Shown: positions 11,423-24,200 of the stretch, piece after piece
How positions within the stretch are numbered: position 1 is the first letter of the stretch
Layout: each line of letters starts with the position of its first letter
Notes under the pieces: model-generated
What the model was told of the DNA's origin: nothing
The model's database searches: none
What the model saw: the letters and a program-made list of their open reading frames with translations, nothing else
Source: Tubulanus polymorphus
Taxonomy: Eukaryota > Animalia > Nemertea
Length of the DNA: 64,000 nt
Direction of reading: 5' to 3'
NCBI RefSeq assembly: GCF_964204645.1
Contig: NC_134027.1
Coordinates: forward strand, 24,266,560-24,330,559
Translations under genes and position numbers: made by a program

Positions 11423-13819
11423 ATGCCGAACCGGACCAAGTTCTCGGATTCATGGTTGATTGAAGATGATAAACAAGGACACAAAATAAATGAATGGTGC
11501 CAACCAGTGAAAGGCGATATTTATAAGGCATATTGCTTTATATGTGAAAAAAAACTATCTATTGATAACCAGGGTTTAGGCCAACTAATACAACATGCCT
11601 CAAAAATGATGCATCAAAATAATAGCAAGATAAAACTGAACAAAAATCATAAAAAACTTTTCCCGGTTGATAACACTTTAGAATGTGAAAGCTTAAGTGA
11701 TAAGGTACTCAAGGCAGAAATAATATGGGCCATGTATGTGGCTGTAAATGACTACAGCTTCTTGTCATGCAACGATGTGTGTGAAACTTTCAGATGCATC
11801 TTCAAAGATCCAGCTGTTATAAATGAAATGACGTTGTCAAATGGGAAAGTGTCTTATACGATAAGCGATGGAATAAGAATACAGTTGACAAATGAGTTGA
11901 TGAATGATATTCAGGATTGTACTACTGGATATTGTGTTTCATACGATGAAACACCAAACAAGCAGAAACTGAACCAGTTGGATATATATGTGGGGTATTT
12001 TTCACCTATATCCAAGAAAATTGAAACTCGAACAGCTGAAATGGTACTCGGGGAGCTTCTCGGTGCCATGAATGACTTCAACATTGACTTATCGAAAATC
12101 ATAGCTTTGTGTAGTGATGGCCCAAATGTAAATATATCAACTTGGCGTAAGATGTCAGCAAAAGTAATAGAAAAGGGCGGAAAGATGATAGATGTTGGAT
12201 CATGCAGCCTCCATATGGTTCATAATGCGTTTAGAAAAGGCTTAGCATCTTTTGGCGCTGACATAGAAGAGTTTGCAGGAGATATACACACATTCTTCAA
12301 GTATGCCACAAGGCGACAAGATTATGCAGTGTTCCAGCGAAAGGTTGGTGTAAAGGAAAATACATTCCTCAAACATGTTGATTCGCGTTGGTTGACACTA
12401 ATTCCAGCACTCTGTAGAATCAGCGAACAGTTTCCAGCTTTGAAGGCATATTTTGGTGATCTCAAAAAGAATACTAAGAATGATGATTCTCAATCTGCAT
12501 GTTGTAAACGAATACAGAAGGTACTACTCGACGTAACTGTTCCTGTGAAGATACAATTTATCCTAGATATCGGTAATATGTTTCAACGGTATGAAACTCT
12601 TTTCCAAAAGCGTGAACCGATGATTCACATTTTGTATACAGAAATGTGCGAGTTAATGCATAAAATATTGTTACGCTTTATTAAGCCTGATTCTCTCCCA
12701 GAAAAGACTGGAGCAAAGTTGCTGGCTGCTGATATTGAAAAATGTGAGCAGCTCTCTGATGCTTGTTTAGTGGTTTGTAAGCTCACCAAGGATAAACTTG
12801 CTGTTCTAGATTCTTCGAAACAAAAACTGATAATAAAAGGCATTCGGGCATTCTATGTTAAAATAGCATCATATCTCCAACAGAAACTTCCCCTTGGAAA
12901 TAATTTCCTACGAAACGTGAGGTGTTTACAACCGGAACGTCGGTCTGTTCATCGATTTGGGTTGTCAATTAAGGCTCTGGCGGTTGATCTGCCGACTATC
13001 ATACCTGCATCACAAGTCTCCACAGTTGTAGACGAATGGAAGATATATAGCAATGACTTGCTTGAAGATGATTGGTATAAAGACTCAGATGGAATAAGGT
13101 TACGAATTGATAAAGCATGGGAGAAAATATTTGTTCGCCAGACTGCTTCTGGTGATAGCAAATATACTGTCCTGCCCAAATTGGTAATGGCATGCCTTAC
13201 TATATCTCATGGTAGTGCTGAGGTTGAAAGAGGGTTCTCTGCCAATTCACGCACCATTACTGGTTCAAGGGCAAGTCTTGGAGTTGAAGCAATTACAGGT
13301 TTGAGAATGATCAAGGACAAATTAAAGACCACTGGACAGAAGCCATGTGAAATGACATTATCACCTGAGCTACTATCATGCTGTAGACGGTCTTATAAAA
13401 ACTATACAGAGAGACTTAAGAAAGAGAAAGAGATGGCTGAAAAGGCAAATAAGAAAGCTCTAGAAGATAGAAAAAGAGCCGAGGAGGCAAAGCAGGTAGA
13501 GACAGAATATGAAAATACAAGAAAAATCCTTGAAACTAGAAAATTAGAGTTGTTGGAAGTTGATCATTCATCCATGGAATCAATGACGACAAATAAACAA
13601 CTACTCATGGAAGGCAATGAAAAATTGGCCAAAGCTATCAAGGAAAAGGACCTTACACAAATCAAAGTTGCACAGTGCATGATTGAGGTGGCACACAATA
13701 AATTTGATAAACTTGAGAAGGAAATGAAAGACAATCGACAGAGAATAGGTGAAATTGAGAAAAGGAAGAGAAAATTAAATGATGACCATGCTGAAACCAT
13801 GAAAAAGCTAAAATGTTAA
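11423..13819 (+). CDS. hAT-family transposase, 798 aa, uninterrupted
   Basis: BED-type zinc finger (CFIC...HASKMMH). Catalytic D (SYDETP), D (SDGPNVN) and E (AEVERGFS). CxxH (CSLH), RW motif, C-terminal coiled coil. Confidence 0.92.
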   Translation: MPNRTKFSDSWLIEDDKQGHKINEWCQPVKGDIYKAYCFICEKKLSIDNQGLGQLIQHASKMMHQNNSKIKLNKNHKKLFPVDNTLECESLSDKVLKAEIIWAMYVAVNDYSFLSCNDVCETFRCIFKDPAVINEMTLSNGKVSYTISDGIRIQLTNELMNDIQDCTTGYCVSYDETPNKQKLNQLDIYVGYFSPISKKIETRTAEMVLGELLGAMNDFNIDLSKIIALCSDGPNVNISTWRKMSAKVIEKGGKMIDVGSCSLHMVHNAFRKGLASFGADIEEFAGDIHTFFKYATRRQDYAVFQRKVGVKENTFLKHVDSRWLTLIPALCRISEQFPALKAYFGDLKKNTKNDDSQSACCKRIQKVLLDVTVPVKIQFILDIGNMFQRYETLFQKREPMIHILYTEMCELMHKILLRFIKPDSLPEKTGAKLLAADIEKCEQLSDACLVVCKLTKDKLAVLDSSKQKLIIKGIRAFYVKIASYLQQKLPLGNNFLRNVRCLQPERRSVHRFGLSIKALAVDLPTIIPASQVSTVVDEWKIYSNDLLEDDWYKDSDGIRLRIDKAWEKIFVRQTASGDSKYTVLPKLVMACLTISHGSAEVERGFSANSRTITGSRASLGVEAITGLRMIKDKLKTTGQKPCEMTLSPELLSCCRRSYKNYTERLKKEKEMAEKANKKALEDRKRAEEAKQVETEYENTRKILETRKLELLEVDHSSMESMTTNKQLLMEGNEKLAKAIKEKDLTQIKVAQCMIEVAHNKFDKLEKEMKDNRQRIGEIEKRKRKLNDDHAETMKKLKC

Positions 13820-14094
13820 GATATGAACGGTGTGTAGACACATTCATCGTTGTACTGTATAAGCCCTTGGTCATTGTTCTTTTATTAAAGTGTAATTTTG
13901 TCTTATAGTTAAGTGAAATTAATCATTTTGTACTATTTACCAGTTTCATGGTGTTTTAAAACAGTTTTGAAAAAACATAATGCACCATCAGTGTTTAGTT
14001 TGTTATGATATAGTTTGTAGTGTTGCGAGTTAATAATGTTTATATAATGTTTATAAGTTCATGAAAAGTTTAGCATTATGTTTGTAAGTTTATA

Positions 14095-14298
14095 CAGTGT
14101 AACCTCGATATAACGAACTCCATGGGACCTACGAGCAATCATATGATTGCTCGTAGATGGGACTGAAATCTATGTTCGCTATTTAACCGATAGTTCGTTA
14201 TATCAGGTGATAATTGTAATAAATCCACCAATCGGGACAAAATATATAGTTAACTGATAAATCGTTATATCAGGGTTCGTTATAACGAGGTTCCACTG
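14095..14298. mobile_element. Tc1/mariner-pogo (Tigger-like) MITE nested in the hAT element
   Basis: TA|cagtgtaacctcgatataacgaac ... gttcgttataacgaggttccactg|TA. Confidence 0.8.
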
Positions 14299-15253
14299 TA
14301 GTTAAGATTTTAAATAGTAATACTCTGATACCTTTTGTATCTACCGGGTACCTCACTGCAATTTATTATGAGTTGCTGCAGTCATTCAGTTTATTGTAAA
14401 ATGTTTTTTCGAAAAAAAGAAATGAAAAAATGTAATAAATAAACTTTATTTTCTAGTTTCAGATTACTGAAGTTCATTCAAAGACATCTGTGAATATGAT
14501 GCTGCAGGTTGTATCCTCTCTTCATATATTAAAGTCCTATTTTCTGATGGATATCCAATATATTCTATGAAATTTTCCTATTTCTGGACACTCTTCCTAT
14601 TTTTTTTATGGACCAGATCACTGGAACCCCTGGATGACTCATCTGAGGTTGACTGCAGCTATAGAAATGAACTGATTACAAATTTTTTTTTAGTTTACAA
14701 AATGACCCAGCCGATGAGGGAAAACAAGGTATCATTTTTTTCACAATCCAAGAGGATGACTTATCCGAGGTTGATTGTTCGACTGCTACTACATGTATAG
14801 AAATGAACTGATTACAAATTTTATTAGTTTAAAAAATGACCCGGTTGATCAGGAAAAACAAGTTAACATTTTTTAGCCTGGGTAGTGACTTTTTTCACCA
14901 CCCCTAGAGGATGACTTATCCGAGGTTTGTTATACGAAAGTAGACTCTACGGGCTCCATTGAGAACCTCGGCTTTCTTAATATAGTTCTACACACACTGA
15001 CGCACGCTTCAAACACCTCAAGTAAATGGATAAATATTCCCTGAGTAAAAGTAAGGAAAAGATTCAACCATGAATAACGAGAAAGGTGACGAATTTGATT
15101 TAAAACGTGGTCGTTGCGTTGAGAGCTGGTTGAAAATCCATGACAGCCAAAACAGAAGGAATTCATTTCCTAATGAGTGAATAAACAGTTAAGATAATAG
15201 ATGGATTTGCTCGTCAGAAAATGAAATGTGTACGGTTTTTGTTGTTATGGATT

Positions 15254-15474
15254 AGGCTAAACAAAAATGATACCTCGTTTCTCCGCAGCGGTCAGGTCAT
15301 TTTTGTAAAATATAATAAAATTTGTAAAGGGTGCATTTCTATAGCGGCCGGGTCCGTTACGGTAAAATTTAACACGATTTTTAAAAAAGGAATGTACAGG
15401 GTAGATAGGCAGCCGGCCGGGTCAACTAAAAGCTCAGCAGAGCGGAGAAACAAGGTAGCAATTTTCTTTTAGCC
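15254..15474. mobile_element. ~220-bp MITE with aggctaaa/tttagcct ends; second copy at 23933-24153
   Basis: Near-identical copy in a UROC1 intron. Related fragments at 10456-10545 and in the repeats flanking the hAT element. Confidence 0.7.
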
Positions 15475-15834
15475 TTTTCAAAATGTTTTCAGGCTGGATC
15501 TCGCATTTCACATAATTTAAAAACCGAGCAGAATAACTCATCGAAAATTCATCGAAATGTTGATATTCCAAGTGACTGCACGGCCGCCTATTTCTCAACG
15601 TACTCTCAGTTCATTGTTCACTGAGGTTTAATCACAGTTAAAAACCATTTCAAATCACATTTCGATGACTAGTTGAGACTCAATGATTAGCACATAGTTA
15701 AATCCCAAATATTAATCTCTGTCGAGTAAAATCAGGGGCCATTTCACAGATAATCTTCGAGTAGTATTGCGTTGTTAGGACTAACGACCATCTCAAGTCA
15801 TTCTGCGAAATGCCCCCCTTAGTCTCGGGTATTT

Positions 15835-18137
15835 CTATGAGTTCGTTAACGGGACCACTTTGTCGAGGTATTCCGGTTTTGGATTATCGTTGATATATTT
15901 CTGCAGGTACGTGCAGCTCAATTTCATTTGATGATTTTCGTTCACTACAAATTCGAACGCTGCCTAAAAATATAAAGAAAAAAAATGCACGAAATGTCTC
16001 TGGTGAAGTTCTGAACACGCGTTGAAGCCTGGATGTTCAGTTTTTGAATCAGAAAGAGGGCTGAAAAAATGTCTCGTGTTCGAAGATGTTTCGTTTTACG
16101 GGAAATACCTTAGCGAGTAATTTCGCGATTCCGCGCCCTTGAAAGACAGGTGGAACTTCGGTATGATATAGATCAGCGACGTGAGGTTTTATCCACGCGT
16201 AATCTAAAAGCGCTGTGTGTCCTGAAATTAAAACGTTCAACGAATAAAAAAGATGAAAACATTACTCTCCAACTGATCTAAGTTCTAATAGCATAACGAT
16301 ACAATAGATTAAGACCGTATAGTCTCCTCAGCTCATTTTGGTTCCAGAGTCAAATAACTAACTTGATAACGGTATAAGCTTATTTTGGTCTTATAACCAA
16401 CCAATCAACTAACTCAAGACAATTAAATACTTGTAGTATCAAAGGAATGTGAATATACAAGCAAGAGTAGAGTGGAGAGTGGAGCAAGGAGCAGGAAGTG
16501 ACATCATCTAATGGTCGTAACCATGATTCTTTATCTAATTTTATTGATTTTAATCATGGATGGCTTTTTTTTCGAGTGTTTTCAGTGGTAGTTTTTGTCC
16601 TTTTTGCATGGACAATATTTATCTATGTCGTGTTTTAAGTGGGCAATCTTTGTCCTGTTACATTTTTCATCCCGCTATTTTGATGAAGGTCTTATGACCA
16701 GGATTTGACCTGACTCGCCCCCTCTCCACTCCACAGGGTTTCGAGGAACACTGTATGTAACCTTGGAGTAATCAGTCTGATTACTCCAAGATGTAACAGA
16801 GGCCGACGTTTGAAGGGGTATGTGACACTTGGAATGCTTATCTCAATCTGCAGATTACAGAAAAGGGGAAAGTTTAAATGGGCGATAGATAACACAATAA
16901 GTCAGACAAGTATTGGTTAAAGTTCATCAGATATAGACCTAGGTAGTCCTATGATATGCATTTAAGGCAACTACACAGATCGAAAATCTGGATATCGAGG
17001 CTTAAATCTCCGATGAGAAAAACCATAGTTCTACTGATCAGACCAAAGTCCAGTAAATACTCTCTACTGCTGACTGAAACGATATCAGTTAACCAAGACC
17101 AAAAAGTCAAAATATTACACCAGACCTCTCTGTGATTTAAGATATCAAAGTTAATCCGAAATTTGTATGTAATTTTAAGTATTTCGAAAAATATAGACCA
17201 CATTTACAACTACAAATAACTGCTAGGTGGGTGGGGTCATCCTTATTACCGAGATGGCGTATTTTACCGAGATGAACCGAGATCAAATGAGATGAAATTA
17301 AATATAACATATTTATTTATTCCTTATCGTTTTTAACACTTGTAATCATGTTTTATCAGTAATAAATACCTTCTAGAGTCATATTTTACATATTCTTTTA
17401 TTTAAAAGAATTTTGACTTCAAATACGTATACGTTAACTCGGTAAGCAATAAAATTTCATTGAATTTGATTGATCGACGATCTCATCTCGGTAAAGTTAA
17501 AAGTTATTTTTCTACAAAAATATCTGACGAAATATGTTAAATATGACTCCAGCAGGCATTTATTACTGATATGATATGATTTCAATTGTAAAAATCGATA
17601 AGGAATAAATAAATATGTTATATTTAATTTCATCTCGGTTGATCTCGGTTGATCTCGGTAAAATACGCCATCTCGGTAATAAGGATGACCGGGTGGGTGC
17701 CATAAATTATAATGTACCAGTTACCACTGACTAACTGAGGCAAGATGGTAAACCCTAATTCATTGTTTCAGACCAAAAATGATTTTAACTACATATAAAA
17801 AAGACCTTAAATCTTTACCTACAATTTTATAACATAACCCTTACTTTGATCGAACCCTCTAGAACCTCACTAATTAACCTTTATTTTATTCAGTTCAAAA
17901 AGCCGCCATGTTGGGGAAGATTAATAACCAAAACTGTACCAACATTTTATTGATTTACTTGCCTTCCAAATTGATGTAGAATTGATGTTTTTCTCGATCG
18001 TGCTGCACCGTGTAAGAGGCGGTTGACGCGGCTTCGCTGGTTTTACTACTCATCTTCGAAATTTGTATTCGTTGACAGCTCGATATTCTTAAATTACCGG
18101 CGCATTTTATCAACGCTCGAGACGAGAAGGAATTCAT
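15835..18137 (-). CDS. NATD1: NATD1-like GNAT N-acetyltransferase domain protein; exons 18137(or 18053)-17963, 16221-16109, 15963-15835
   Basis: YTVQHDREKHQFYINLEG|HTALLDY...DLYHTEVPPVFQGRGIAKLLAK|AAFEFVVNENHQMKLSCTYLQKY matches the NATD1/YjdJ signature (HTEVP..xxGxGxA, CxY). Intron 1 has a GC donor. Confidence 0.88.
17234..17691. mobile_element. Palindromic MITE with 8-bp TSD ggtgggtg (Merlin-like GG ends)
   Basis: gggtcatccttattaccgagatggcgtattttaccgagat ... atctcggtaaaatacgccatctcggtaataaggatgaccg. TSD at 17226-17233 and 17692-17699. Confidence 0.8.
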
Positions 18138-18266
18138 AATCAATTCAATTCAACATGGCTCCACATAAATCCAATTCAATACCTTTATTTTCGATTCAAG
18201 GTGGCGCCACATGACAGTCAGATATTAGTCCGTCCCTAAAAAGTTATGTCACCGAATCGCGTCGAA
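18138..18266. promoter_or_regulatory. Putative compact bidirectional promoter NATD1/UROC1
   Basis: Divergent start codons only ~110-130 bp apart. Confidence 0.6.
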
Positions 18267-21200
18267 ATGTCTCGTTTAAAGCAACTTTCTGTCGGTTTAC
18301 CGTTGAATCCGATGCCCGATAATAAACCCAGAGATACTTCAATACCACACGCACCTGTTAGAACACCCGGCTTGAACTGTCATCAACGCAAAGTAAGTTT
18401 ATTTTCCAAAAATGACAGGTCTGCATTAAAACTGATATAAATAGAAAAAAAACTTCTTGCTTTAAATTTTGCTTTAAATTGATGAGTTGATTTAAAATCA
18501 GTCTCAATAAGATCAGTCTCTATATTGCATTCGGCTCTTTTACATGTACATTATTAAAACAATGAATATAAATAGTGAGACTTCAGGACAGATATTTTTC
18601 AGTGTCTTATTGCGGAAATGAAATATCAAGACCTCGATTCAGCTATCGAAAATATTCTCTTACTTCTACATTAATTAATTCATCTATGCCTGAAACTTAT
18701 TTTTTTCCCTTTAATACAGAAATAAGTAAATTTTCTTCTTATGAATCAACCTTTCAAATGAATTATTTGTCAGAACATTTTCCTTATCGTTATTGTTGAG
18801 AATCATTTTCGATATTTACGACGGATCAGAATATTCATTCAACTCAAAATGTTCTTCCATTAGTCTAGCACATGCCTAGATATTTCGCCGTTTCGTCAAA
18901 TATTGTTGTGAGTTTGGGTTTTTTCGGGACCTGACATGACAGGTTCTGGAAACTCTGCAGACAGACATCATTCCTTGATGTAGTCTGAATACCAGTCGTT
19001 ACGGGTTCCTTATGGGTTGTTTGGGGAATGACAGCTAGGTATTAGACCAGGCGTGATGCTGTTGCAGCCACTATCAGTGCTGACAAGTGGGTTCGGGTCC
19101 TGCTGGCTGCTTACAGTGTGCGGGCAACACTTCTAAGGCCGTCCCGTCGTGAGGTTAAATGAATAATCCAATATACCCTTGGGAAACCCAAGATCCAAGT
19201 GACGTTAAGCCAAAAAAACAAACGAACAATGCTAGTATTTCACTGATAACTTGTTCTGATTGGTTAATTCACACTACCCCCGTGCAGCACAATTACAGAT
19301 AATTCTGTAAACACTAAACACTCAAGAGTCGAAATGAAATAGAAGATTGGATAGAGCAGTATTCGAAATATAACTAACATCGCTATTTGAATCTTCTACT
19401 TTCAGATAGCCTTACAAAATGCCCTTCGTTACTTTCCACCGAGTCTCCACGACGTCCTGGCTGCTGAATTCGCCGCCGAACTTCGCGACTACGGACATAT
19501 TTACATGTACAGATTCATTCCCGACTTCCCGATGAAGTGAGTTTCTTTGACCCAACTTCGCCAGTTTATAGGCCTATGTGGCAGGGTTTTCCATATCCAA
19601 TCCTACAAATTCTGTAAACTGCTTACTTTTGGAAAAAAACCCTAATTTGAAATGCTTACCGGTACTTTTCTGGTAAAACCTTTGAGCGCTAAAGATTTCT
19701 ATTGCCTTCGATCGTTGTCTCATCTTTTCAGTTACAACTAGTCAAAATTGTTTTAAAATAGATTTTTAACTTTGATGCAATTACTCATTTTCATGGCTTT
19801 TACCCTTTAGTGCTGATGAATAGATAGTGCTTGGTATAATTAGAAAATTTTGAAATTTCTGTCCCTATTGTGTTTAACAATAGGCATGTGTCTGCATTGT
19901 TTTAGTTACTTTTGAACTGTGTCTGCCATTTAGAGATAGATAACCATTTACTTAGTACATCAATACACCGTGGTGTGGTTTACTAACAAAGTTCACGGAT
20001 TCATAGACACACTGAAAGGATCAATCATTAATTTGGAAAAAGGCATATATTTTCGTATGATAATAATTTTTTAGGGCGCATGCCATTGATGAATACCCGG
20101 CTCGATGTCGTCAAGCCGCCGCTGTCATGTTGATGATCATGAATAACTTGGATCACAAAGTCGCGCAGTTTCCCCATGAGCTTGTCACCTATGGCGGGAA
20201 TGGTCAGGTTTTCTCGAATTGGGCGCAGGTACTCTCTCATCACTTTCTGAACATTGTGACCCCCTTGATGGTACAGTTAGTTCAACCTTTGGCTCAGATA
20301 AGTTGTAACTGTCGAGCAGAAAATTTATCTAAAATGGATGTTGACTGATCAAGACCCTAATGTAACGGAGATGATTTTATAGTTTTAGAAAATTCCGCCC
20401 CGGTGTTGTACTAAAGGGGTCCACTGCTTTACTGTGTCTACACTGTGGTGCGGTGTATCGTTAGTTAGTAATATTGCACAATGTTTGACAGCTGCTGCCT
20501 TCATTCATTAGTGATCATAACTAACCAATAATTGCTTATTAGACTGCACTATACCATTGTACAGAAGATCTTCTTGTTGAAACTTTACCCTATAGATATT
20601 GATACTATTGATATCAATGTCCCTTGTCTTCGGAAACCCATCAAAGCTCCTGTACAGACATGTTACAACAGTCCAGTTCCAGCTCTGAGTATTTGTTCAT
20701 TTTAGATGTTTTGACTCATAAGTCAAATACAGTCTGGATTCCATTGAATTTTCGCGTAATGCAACAACCCTTCTGCGTCGATAGCAATCATCTTCATACG
20801 TGCATTTCATTGTTCGTTATTATTTTCAGTTTTGGTTGACGATGAAGTATTTGTCGGAAATGACCGAAGAGCAGACGTTGATTATGTGCTCCGGACATCC
20901 GCAAGGTTTATTTCCGAGCCACGTCGGATCTCCGAGAGTCGTCATCACAAACGGCATGGTACGTCTGTCATTAATCCCTTGATCCCGATGACAGGGGGTG
21001 TGATAGATGGTTTCCATTGACAAGTCTGAGATCGATCAAGTCATCCTCCCCCAGCTGGCTTTCGAGTCTGATGGCAATTCTACACTCAGCCACAGCACGA
21101 ACCCCTGCCACACTGAACCAGGTGTGCAGGTTTCAAAGATTGCGGCACCAATCAGATTGCTTGTTGTATAGCCTAATCACTGAGCAACTAAAATACAACA

Positions 21201-24200
21201 GGATATCTGATTGGCTAATAATGACATCATCTGAGCTAAGCGTGTAGCCAGTTTTTTTTAATTCTCTCGTTTCAGGTAATTCCGAATTATTCGTCGAGGG
21301 AAGATTATGATAAAATGTTCGCTATGGGAGTTACAATGTAAGATTTAACTCGATTCTTTATAATGATTCACGGCATTTCAGCCTTCAGGGGTCAGCTGCA
21401 CAATCATGGCTTCAATTTAAGACCAGTCTTAGAACATTTAATCGTAGCTAATCAAACAATTTAAGGCCAGTTTAATGATCAAAGACTGTTTATGGACTTT
21501 AGTCATGAATTTGGAACTGGGCCCTGGTAGCTCATCAGAAGTTGTTTCGTCATTCGAAAAAAATGTTGGCAAAAATTTTGTTTTCATTATTATAGGTATG
21601 GTCAGATGACTGCTGGCAGCTATTGCTACATAGGTCCGCAAGGAATTGTACACGGCACAACTGTAAGTCTCAAAATTTTGTTCCTTAGTTCAAGGGAGCT
21701 GTGAGACATCCGGAATAAATAATTGGCAATTTTGACTCGGGCAAAAACCGTTAATTAGGCCTAAAAATGGTATCTTCTCAACACATATACCGAATAAAAC
21801 ATTCCCTCAAGGGCCTTATAACCAATTGATTCTCAGGCTTCTGTTACTAGACCCTTATTTTCATATGGTCTGTCTGTATGTCTGTCTTTCAGCTATTTAG
21901 CTTTGTTAATAGTGGGTCACTGACGTAGAATTCGTGAGAAGCAGTCAGAGAAAATGAATTGACTTTTGAAAAGCTTGTCGTTTGACTATCTACCTAAGCG
22001 TTTTAGATTGATTGGGCTATTTCTACAGCAGAACATTCAGCGCAAGATTTATTTTCTTACACAGTTGACAGTTTTGAATGCTGGTAGAAAGAAGACCGCT
22101 GATGGAGAACTCGCTGGTAAAGTGTTCGTTACGGCTGGTTTAGGCGGCATGAGTGGAGCTCAACCGAAGGCAGCCGTCATCTGTCGTTGCGTCGGCGTCA
22201 TCGCTGAGGTATGATATACGTAATCTATGATAATCATTGAATCCTCCCTCGATAGAGATTTGAACCCATTGGTGTAGATACTGTGTGAAACCATATCCTA
22301 GTAGAAGACACACTGATGGCATCATGAGACTCGGCCATATTCTTCCCTGGGATTTCAACCTGACTGTTCCGACCTCACTGGGATTTGAACCTAATGGTAT
22401 TGTGAGACTGCCACATTCCTCCCATGCAAAGATTTGAACCTGATGGCATCTTGAGACTCTGCCAAATTCCGCTCTGATAGGGATTTGAACCAAATGGCAT
22501 CGTGAGACTTCTCTGCCACATTCCTCCCTCGCAAGGATTTGAATCTGATGGTATCATTAGACTCTGCCACATTCCTCCCTAGCAGAGATTTAAACTTGAT
22601 AGCATCAAGACACTGCCACGTTCCTCCCTTGCAAGGATTTGAACCATCTGTGATAGTGAGACCGGTAGTCAGCTATGGCAGGGGTTCATGCTGGGACGGA
22701 GTTTCTCCATGCTGCATAAGTAATAAGTAGCAAACTATTAATTGAAATCGAACAATAATGCAAATTGCTATCAATTCAGGTGAGCGAAGACGCATTGAAT
22801 AAACGTTATGATCAGGGTTGGTTACTGGAGAATACGAACGACCTTGACGATTTGATCAAACGTATCCGAAGATGCCGTCGCGATAAATCGCCGATCAGCA
22901 TCGGTTACCACGGCAATGTAGTCGATGTTTGGTAAAGTTTTCCGCAGACGAGCGCATATTCTGATATTCACGGATAGATGGCGGCATTTCTAACGGATGC
23001 CTGTCTTTTTCTTCTGATTTTCCAGGGAAAAACTCGTCAAAGTTCACGAAGAGACCGGTGAATTGCTGGTTGAACTCGGATCCGATCAGACATCTTGTCA
23101 CAATCCCTTTCAAGGCGGATATTTTCCTGTTCAGGTGCATGAATTTCTTTGCTTCATCCACAAAGTCAGTTGTGTCGGATCCAGTTCGTTGATTTCAATT
23201 TCTTTTCAATTTTTTTTTGCACTGTAGCTCTCCTACAAAGAATCGTTAGAGATGATGCACAAAGATCCGGAAAAATTCAAAAGTCTGGTGCAAGAAAGGT
23301 TCGATTTTGTTGATAATTTCCTTATTTCTGTTGTTGTTATGTTGTTGATTATGCTTTGCTTCGTTCTCAAAATACATAACTAACGCAACTAACAGTTCAA
23401 AGGGATGGAGTTCCTAGTCTATACATATACATAGTTCATAAGAGCAAGCACCCTAGTCGTTGGTGGGGGGGTCCTGTCCCAAGAAATTAATGAATCATTT
23501 CTGATTATCTAGAGAGATTCTGAGAGAAAATCACTTGCAATAATTTGCGAAAATGTTATCTTAGCAAAAAATTCACCCCTGGGTGATTCATTTATAACAC
23601 AAAGATACATGTATTTCTAATATGTTTTTGCATGCGATTTTGTTGTGCGTTTAGTTGTTTTCAGTTTAGTTTTAACTTGTATATTTACGTATAATATGTA
23701 GTTTGCGTCGGCAAGTAAGCGCTATTAACTACCTGGCTGATAAAGGCATGTTTTTCTGGGATTACGGAAACGCGTTTCTGTTGGAAGCGGCGAGAGCAGG
23801 TAATTTTCATCTGTAGCGGTAACAGTTCACGACCCGGTTCCACAGTATTGAGTTGATATTTGTTTGCTCAAATGAGCTGATTTTAACCATTAACTCCTTC
23901 AGTGCTAACTAATTGTTACCCTAAAGTGCTTTAGGCTAAACAAAAATGATACCTTGTTTCTCTGCAGCGGCCGGGTCATTTTTGTAAAATATGATAAAAT
24001 TTGTAAACAGTTCATTTCTATAGCGGCCGGGTCTGTTATGGTAAAATTGATCACGATTTTAAAAATGTAATGTATACGGAAGATAGGCGGCTGGCCGGGT
24101 CAACATTTAAGCTCAGCAGAGCGGAGAAACAAGGTATCAATTTTTTTTAGCCTTAGATGTATATTTTTCACATGAGATAGAAATTTGCTAATTATTTGTC

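Larger units (their letters stand above)
10885..14632 (+). mobile_element. Full-length hAT-superfamily DNA transposon (3748 bp), 14-bp TIRs, 6-bp TSD gatgac
   Basis: TIRs cagggcttctagtg / cactggaacccctg (12 of 14 match). gatgac at 10879-10884 and 14633-14638. Multiple subterminal tcctattt motifs at both ends. Confidence 0.88.

Noticed and set aside
11307-13874. Several short minus-strand ORFs
   Set aside because: Shadow ORFs of the transposase.
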